DNA of 63,720 nucleotides, filler included, from Globobulimina sp. (Eukaryota): NCBI GenBank assembly GCA_003354225.1. It is 13 parts of 13 records of this genome, joined end to end, with 100 filler letters (N's around TTAATTAATTAA, not from the genome) between each part and the next. Parts side by side here need not be neighbours in the genome. Positions count along the whole stretch, not along the records: positions 54,025 to 58,822 come from PIVH01000914.1; positions 58,923 to 63,720 come from PIVH01000915.1; 11 more parts are not named here. One strand, 5' to 3'. Shown piece by piece: positions 58,069 to 63,720 of this stretch (position 1 is its first letter; each line of letters starts with the position of its first letter). The notes under the pieces were generated by a model. It saw only the letters and a program-made list of their open reading frames with translations, ran no database searches and was not told where the DNA came from. The position numbers and the translations under genes were made by a program.

Positions 58069-58287
58069 ATTCTCAACGGATTTATTATCTGAGAGCTGTC
58101 TTATGAAACAATACAATGGTGATTACTAATATATATTTAGAACATACATTTTGGAATGGGAGAAATGCATAAATGCAAATTCTAAAGCTGTGATGCCAGG
58201 TTGGAGTGGTAGTTTTTGCTATGGAGCTTCACTCTAAAATCTATTTAAAGTATTTTTCCGTCTCTTGTGTTTACGCCGGCGCAAGCG

Positions 58288-58822
58288 ATGAACGTCTCCA
58301 GTTTTATTTGTCAAGTTTGTAATAAAAGCAAGTCCAACTATACATGTCCAAGATGCAATGCAATGTATTGTGCTTTGCCTTGTTACAAGGTATTGACTTA
58401 ATGTATCCTTGCTTCATTATCCTTGCTTCATTATCCTTGCACCTCATTGCAAATAATAATAAAAATACATAGAAACATGATGAACAATGTACCACTCAAT
58501 TCTATAGCTCTCACGTTATGGATTATATCAAAAATGAGCGAGCCACAAAAGAAGAATCAATTGATATGGCTAAAAAACTGAAAGCATTTTATAATCAGCA
58601 AGTACAAGAAGATGAAGAAAGGGATAAAATGTTATTCCAACAAAAAATAGATAATCAATTATTAAATGAAAATTTAGACAAATTACACAAGTTAGCATTG
58701 GATGATAAGATCAATATAAATGATTTAACTCAATATCAACAAAAACAGTTTGCAAATGCAATTAAAAGCGGCGAATTACAGAAACATATAAATATTTGGA
58801 ATCCATGGTGGAATAAAAGAGA
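58288..58822 (+). CDS. ZNHIT2: HIT-type zinc-finger protein (ZNHIT2-like), 3'-truncated
   Basis: CQVC..YTCPRCNAMYCALPCYK, intron 58390-58472, then KH...C...FY. Downstream LT..Q...F..AI.SGEL...I..WNPWW. Confidence 0.82.
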
Positions 58823-58922
58823 NNNNNNNNNNNNNNNNNNNNNNNNNNNNNNNNNNNNNNNNNNNNTTAATTAATTAANNNNNNNNNNNNNNNNNNNNNN
58901 NNNNNNNNNNNNNNNNNNNNNN
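58823..58922. other. Artificial contig linker
   Basis: N44-TTAATTAATTAA-N44. Confidence 0.98.
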
Positions 58923-58987
58923 CGACAACATTTCGTTATTATTTACGTTTTTATTTATATTCCATTTTTTTATCATTCATCATTAGA

Positions 58988-59914
58988 TTGAGCGCATATT
59001 TTGCATGTCGTATTTCAAAAAACAATCGAATCCAATATACTGAGATTATTGATAACTGGTGGTGTCCATCAATATTTCGTGAATTCCTCACTCGAACTCT
59101 GTACGAAATGGGTTGGAAACAACAAGAATTTGGCAAAACAATCGGCATCGAAATTAATAAAATTATTAAAAATAATAAAAATTATATAATATTGGATTTA
59201 TGCAGTGGCTGCTGCGGACCATCGGGAATTATAAATAATATCATAAATTTACATAGAAATACAAATAAAAAGATAACCACAATTTTAACGGATTTATATC
59301 CCGAAAACGATTCGTGGTTTGAAATATGTTCGGTTAATAACACTGTAACATACAATAAAAAATCAACGGATGCCACCAATATTAAATTGGATCAATTTGA
59401 TTTATATAAAAACAATGATTTAGATACAATGATTAAAGATGTTCAAGTTATCCGTACTTTAACCTCTTCGTTTCATCATTTTACGCCAGAGTTAGGCACA
59501 AAAATATTTTATGATGGATTTATGAATGATGATATTGTCATTGTTGCTGATGTCTGGACAGATAAATCACTCAAACGCTTTTTATTTAAATTTGTTTTTG
59601 TTGTATTGGTTGCTGGACATATGTCTGTACCGCGTTTGATAAGATTTTGGTTATTTCGTTCAAAATTGGGTATTATAAAACGTATTATTAAATGTATTGT
59701 ATTGTTAAAACTATGGCCGTTTGTTCTATTTGGTTGGAATCATGACAGTGCAATTAGTGAATGTAGATTTTATTCGGTTGCGCAAATACAAAATATGGCA
59801 CAAAATGCAGCCAAAAAAGCAAACAAAAAATATGAAATAAGACATATTCCTGTATTTAATCCAAAGGGAGTTAGAGCAATGACTTTGTTTATTTGTACTC
59901 CAATGATTGATTGA
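58988..59914 (+). CDS. Class I SAM-dependent methyltransferase-like protein, 5'-incomplete
   Basis: EI.D..WCP..FR, motif I ILDLCSGCCGP, LTDLYP, DAT, RT..SSFHHF and HD..IS..R.YS. Confidence 0.75.
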   Translation: MSAYFACRISKNNRIQYTEIIDNWWCPSIFREFLTRTLYEMGWKQQEFGKTIGIEINKIIKNNKNYIILDLCSGCCGPSGIINNIINLHRNTNKKITTILTDLYPENDSWFEICSVNNTVTYNKKSTDATNIKLDQFDLYKNNDLDTMIKDVQVIRTLTSSFHHFTPELGTKIFYDGFMNDDIVIVADVWTDKSLKRFLFKFVFVVLVAGHMSVPRLIRFWLFRSKLGIIKRIIKCIVLLKLWPFVLFGWNHDSAISECRFYSVAQIQNMAQNAAKKANKKYEIRHIPVFNPKGVRAMTLFICTPMID

Positions 59915-60497
59915 ACCGTTAGACTTTTTTATTAATTTTGTGCACAGTCGTTCGCACAGATTAGTACTGAGCCATACACAAGGCCAAGTATACGATAATC
60001 TGTGGGCTGCTATGCCAACAAAAAATCTTTATATTTTTTGGTGAGGTTTTCGAAACTTTTATTTCGGATTATATGCTGATTGAGCGCTGGATATACCGTA
60101 TGCATGCTGAGAGAACATATTTCTGACTGCAAAAAACAAAAAAACATAGTTTTTTTGTTGGGTTTGCATGAAATTATATACACACATAAAGTGTGACACA
60201 ATAGTCAAACTTTTCAGAAAATAAAATATGGATTGTAATGGATTGTAATGGATTATAATTCAGAAATAAAATGGATTATAATGCGAAAAAAAGAGAAGAG
60301 AGAAAAAAGAAAAGTAATAACATAATAAAAGTAAAATAATTAATATAAAGTACGAAATAATAACAATGTAATGAATTAAATGAATGTATAATATGTTTGA
60401 GCTGCACTGGAGGAACAGTTTAATATTTAATATCAACAATTAATAAGAATAAAAGTAACAACTAAAAATAAACTAACATATATTAATTAATTACCAA

Positions 60498-61925
60498 TTA
60501 CCAATACCTTCTCCCTAAATGGAACCAATCAAATATCTCATCTGAATGCATAAATGCCTTTGGATATATTTTATTTATTGGATGATTTCGAATATCTGTG
60601 CCGTACCAACGATTTTCTCTGTCATCGTATATCTCATATTTACTAATATCGTCTCTATTCATTGCAATTAATTTATCATCAAATGTACATAATTTACATC
60701 CTTTTTTGGAAGAAACATAATTTAATTTATTCCCAAATCTCCAGTGTTTTTTTTCAAAATTAAATATTTGTACCTTTTAAATAGAAAAGTAACGTTACAA
60801 AACAAAGTGACATAAACCCAATCGCACACACTTAACACTTGTATCTTTTGCACCGACTACAAATATGTCATCCTTATATGGCAAAGCATGGCATTTTTGC
60901 GCCGGTTTTAACATTTGTCCATAATTGCACCACTTTTTACTTTGTCGATCATATAATTCGCAATTTAAAATGGAATAAAATCTATCACAGCCACCCGCAA
61001 TGAATATATATCTCTGGTTTATTGTACACGCACTATGTCCATATCGCGCATATTTTAACTTGCTTAATTTATACCATTTCTCCTCGCATAAATCATATTT
61101 TTCAACACTTTTATACACATTGTCCCAACAGTTTGTACCTCCGATAAACACAATCGAGTCAGGGAAGAAAGTCATCGCTAAGTAAGCGCGCGCATTGTCC
61201 ATTTCTGACAAAATACCTAATTTCATGCTATCTATCTCCAACTCGACCACTGTTGAGATGGGCATCGAACATACTAAGCCGCCGCTGAAATATAAGCGAT
61301 CTGAGCGAGGGAACAAGTCGATGCTCATACTCCCTCTCCGTATCGCGTTATGCAAATTATTTAAATATGGCTGCTCGAAACCTAATTCATACCACGTACC
61401 GCTCAAAATATTACCCAACCAATAGCCATAATGTTTGGTTGCGACCAGCACACAGTCTGATAATATATTGTTTTTATTATGTGATAACATGAATTCTTTT
61501 GATTGCGAGTTGCGATAATCATCTTGTAAGGATTGAGACGGATAATAATAGATTTTCTTATACATTTTTAGATTGCTATATAATTTATTTGCTCCATAAC
61601 AAATCCATGGCGCTTTCCAACCAAATAAATGGCCGCAATAAACTGATATCAATGCAATTATCTCTTCGTGTGCTGAATAATATATTTGTAAATATTTTAA
61701 GTAGTTATTGTCGACAGACTCTACCGACTCTTCTTCTTGTTTTTCATTTTCAATGTCATGTTTTATGGTGTTGATAATTTGTCCATTCTCATCTATATTG
61801 ATGTTTAAAAAATGCACATGATCCCAACCCAACGCATGATGCAACCATATCCATGCTAAGCGTTTGGATTCAAGCTGGCCAACCATAGATCTATCAGATA
61901 ATAGGTGACATTCTACAACAGTCAT
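60498..61925 (-). CDS. Kelch-repeat protein (2 exons)
   Basis: Repeats LYFSGG, IVFIGG..SVEKYD....W, ARYGHSAC..IFIAGG..CELYD...W. Intron with acceptor at 60774 and donor at 60827 or 60836. Last exon 60773-60498 is open to TAA. Confidence 0.85.
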
Positions 61926-62195
61926 TAAAACCTCTAACTAGCGTTTTTGGTTATTATTTATTGGCTCATCTATACGATGAGTTTTATTAAATAGCTAACC
62001 CACCCCATGGACCATGGTCGATATTTTATGATTTATGCAAAGTATGACTAGTATGTTGCATTGTGTTTGCAAAGTGAATACAAACTGTACATTTGCAATT
62101 GTTTTTTTGCAAACCCAATGCAAACTTATAATATTAATTACAAATAAAACAATAAAACAAAATTTCAAATAGATTTTTTTAATTTGGTGGACAGT

Positions 62196-63720
62196 TTATG
62201 GCATATTATCACTATCACCATCATCTCCAGAATCATTTGCTGAATCATAGACCTTCTCAACGTCCACAGAAAGATTTACAAATGTATTCTTTCTGAAATA
62301 CATGAATGTAATAACAACACTATAAACTACAAAAAACCCAATAATACAAACATAATAAATTTGAGGATAGTTTAGAAATGTTGACATTTTCTGACCATTT
62401 TTCATTGGAATTGGAGCATAATCAATAAAATCAGAGTTTCCTTTATTTGGATTTGCAGCAGCTAACACATTATCAGTTTTGCATGCATGGTCCAATACAA
62501 TCTGCGATAACGAACCATGCGGTGATATGGTAAGATTCCTTGCAACTCGAGTCAAATTTTCATATTCTTTTAACGCAACATAAACAATATCTGTATCATG
62601 TAATTCAATATTCTCAGCTGTACATCCTGTGTTTACACTAATTTCTATTATCGGTTGACAATATGGTATCGGTGCTACAATAAAAATTAATGATGAGCCA
62701 AAAATTAAACAATTAGAAACGATTAAAATATATCTAACCTGAAGTAGGGTTAACAGTGGGAGATGTTGTCGGAATATGTGTAGGAGATGTTGTTGTGGTG
62801 TGTGTAGGCGATGTTGTTGGAACATTTGTCGGTGCTGGAAATGGATCATTTGTTGGAGATACAGTTGGATGCATACTTGGATTTGCCGTCGGGTTTCCCG
62901 TTGGAGCAGGGGTTGGATTTTCAGTGGGTTTTGGTGTTGGATTATGACTTGGATCCGATGTCGGAGTATCTGTTGGAGTTTGAGTCGGAACATATGTTGG
63001 TGCTGACGTTGGATTATTTGTAGGACTGCGAGTAGGGATATTTGATGGATCGGATGATGGTTCTTTTGATGGATTATTTGTTGGATTTGGGGTAGGAATA
63101 TCTGATGGAATACGTGTTGGTGTTTTTGTAGGATTAAATGTTGGTGAATCTGCATTTTGTTGTTTCAATATAGGACGAAAATAAAATTAATTTGTTCGGA
63201 ATCCAATGAATATACATTACCTGTTTCACAAATACATCGTGGCACTTCTACCTCACCAAAAGCAAAAACATGGCCTGCTTTGATCATATACCATCCATTT
63301 TCTGTACAACATTTCCCGTTAATAAAATTGGGCCATACAATGCATACTTGATAAGAACATGGATTTTCGTTGGCACCACATTCATGTTCAAATTTAATAC
63401 CCTTTAAACACGAGGATTTATCACTACCTAATACCGCTCCGAAAGCCATAGACCCCGTAATTGTTTGCTGGGGACAAATGTAACTTAATATCCAATGTGA
63501 TTGAGCCGGTGTTTTTTCAGTGCAATCTGCATTGCCAGTGTATACAGAAGAATATTCATAGCAACATCCATTGCCTTCATCAGATACAGATACATCAATC
63601 AACGAGACATCATTAGTTCTGTAATTAAAATCTACACCAAATTCACCTGGATCTGTAGATATGATTGTGAATTGTATACATGTATATGTCCGCATGATAC
63701 ATATGGCAATTAATGAAGAA
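62196..63720 (-). CDS. Type I membrane adhesin-like protein: Cys-rich domain, PT/PS tetrapeptide stalk, TM; 5'-truncated
   Basis: Introns 63150-63220 and 62675-62738 are frame-consistent. (PTxx)n repeat and TM IYYVCIIGFFVVYSVVITFMYF. Confidence 0.8.
62740..63147 (-). repeat. Degenerate 12-bp coding repeat (PTxx)n
   Basis: PTFNPTKTPTRIPSDIPTPNPTNNPS..., more than 30 tetrapeptide units. Confidence 0.85.

Noticed and set aside
58404-58440. TATCCTTGCTTCAT x2.6 and TGGATTGTAA x3 (about 60228-60257) as CRISPR or telomeric repeats
   Set aside because: Short tandem repeats with no spacers, located in an intron and an intergenic region.
62739-63155. Gln/His-rich N-terminus of the 319-aa ORF
   Set aside because: Alternate-frame reading of the PT repeat. 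Splice phases show the PT frame is the real one.

Overview
This window is not one locus. It is 13 unrelated contigs of about 4.8 kb (4817 down to 4798 bp, sorted by decreasing length), joined by 12 identical 100-nt spacers (N44-TTAATTAATTAA-N44). Gene neighbourhood is only meaningful within a contig. The DNA is a gene-dense, AT-rich microbial eukaryote using the standard code, with short GT-AG introns (about 55-115 nt; I frame-checked about 20 by hand). The gene families resemble Foraminifera/Rhizaria, but that is an inference. Recognisable genes are RICTOR, Tom7, G-beta, 7TM-RGS, a dual-specificity phosphatase, a PPR protein, histone H4, VPS13, UBL-PI4K-gamma, a UCP4-like carrier, an A20/AN1 finger protein, ZNHIT2, an SR/RRM protein and a Kelch protein. 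The most unusual items are: (1) a spliced ~1160-aa Gly2-UBA-PH-split PH-ADP-ribosyltransferase-like (R-S-E clade) protein; (2) an ankyrin / N4BP2-type polynucleotide kinase / CCCH locus suggestive of RNA end-healing; (3) a tandem K-channel-like protein with TLCGVC/TLCGNG filters; (4) histone H4 with K20 replaced by R; (5) a PB1-GTPase; (6) a degenerate hybrid histidine kinase; and (7) an intronless >1600-aa protein resembling a Planctomycete-type family. Several contig ends look chimeric (a bacterial slyD-like fragment with a Shine-Dalgarno site, an orphan sulfatase fragment, a 115-bp exact duplication), consistent with amplified or single-cell material. All family calls come from motif recognition by eye; no searches were run.
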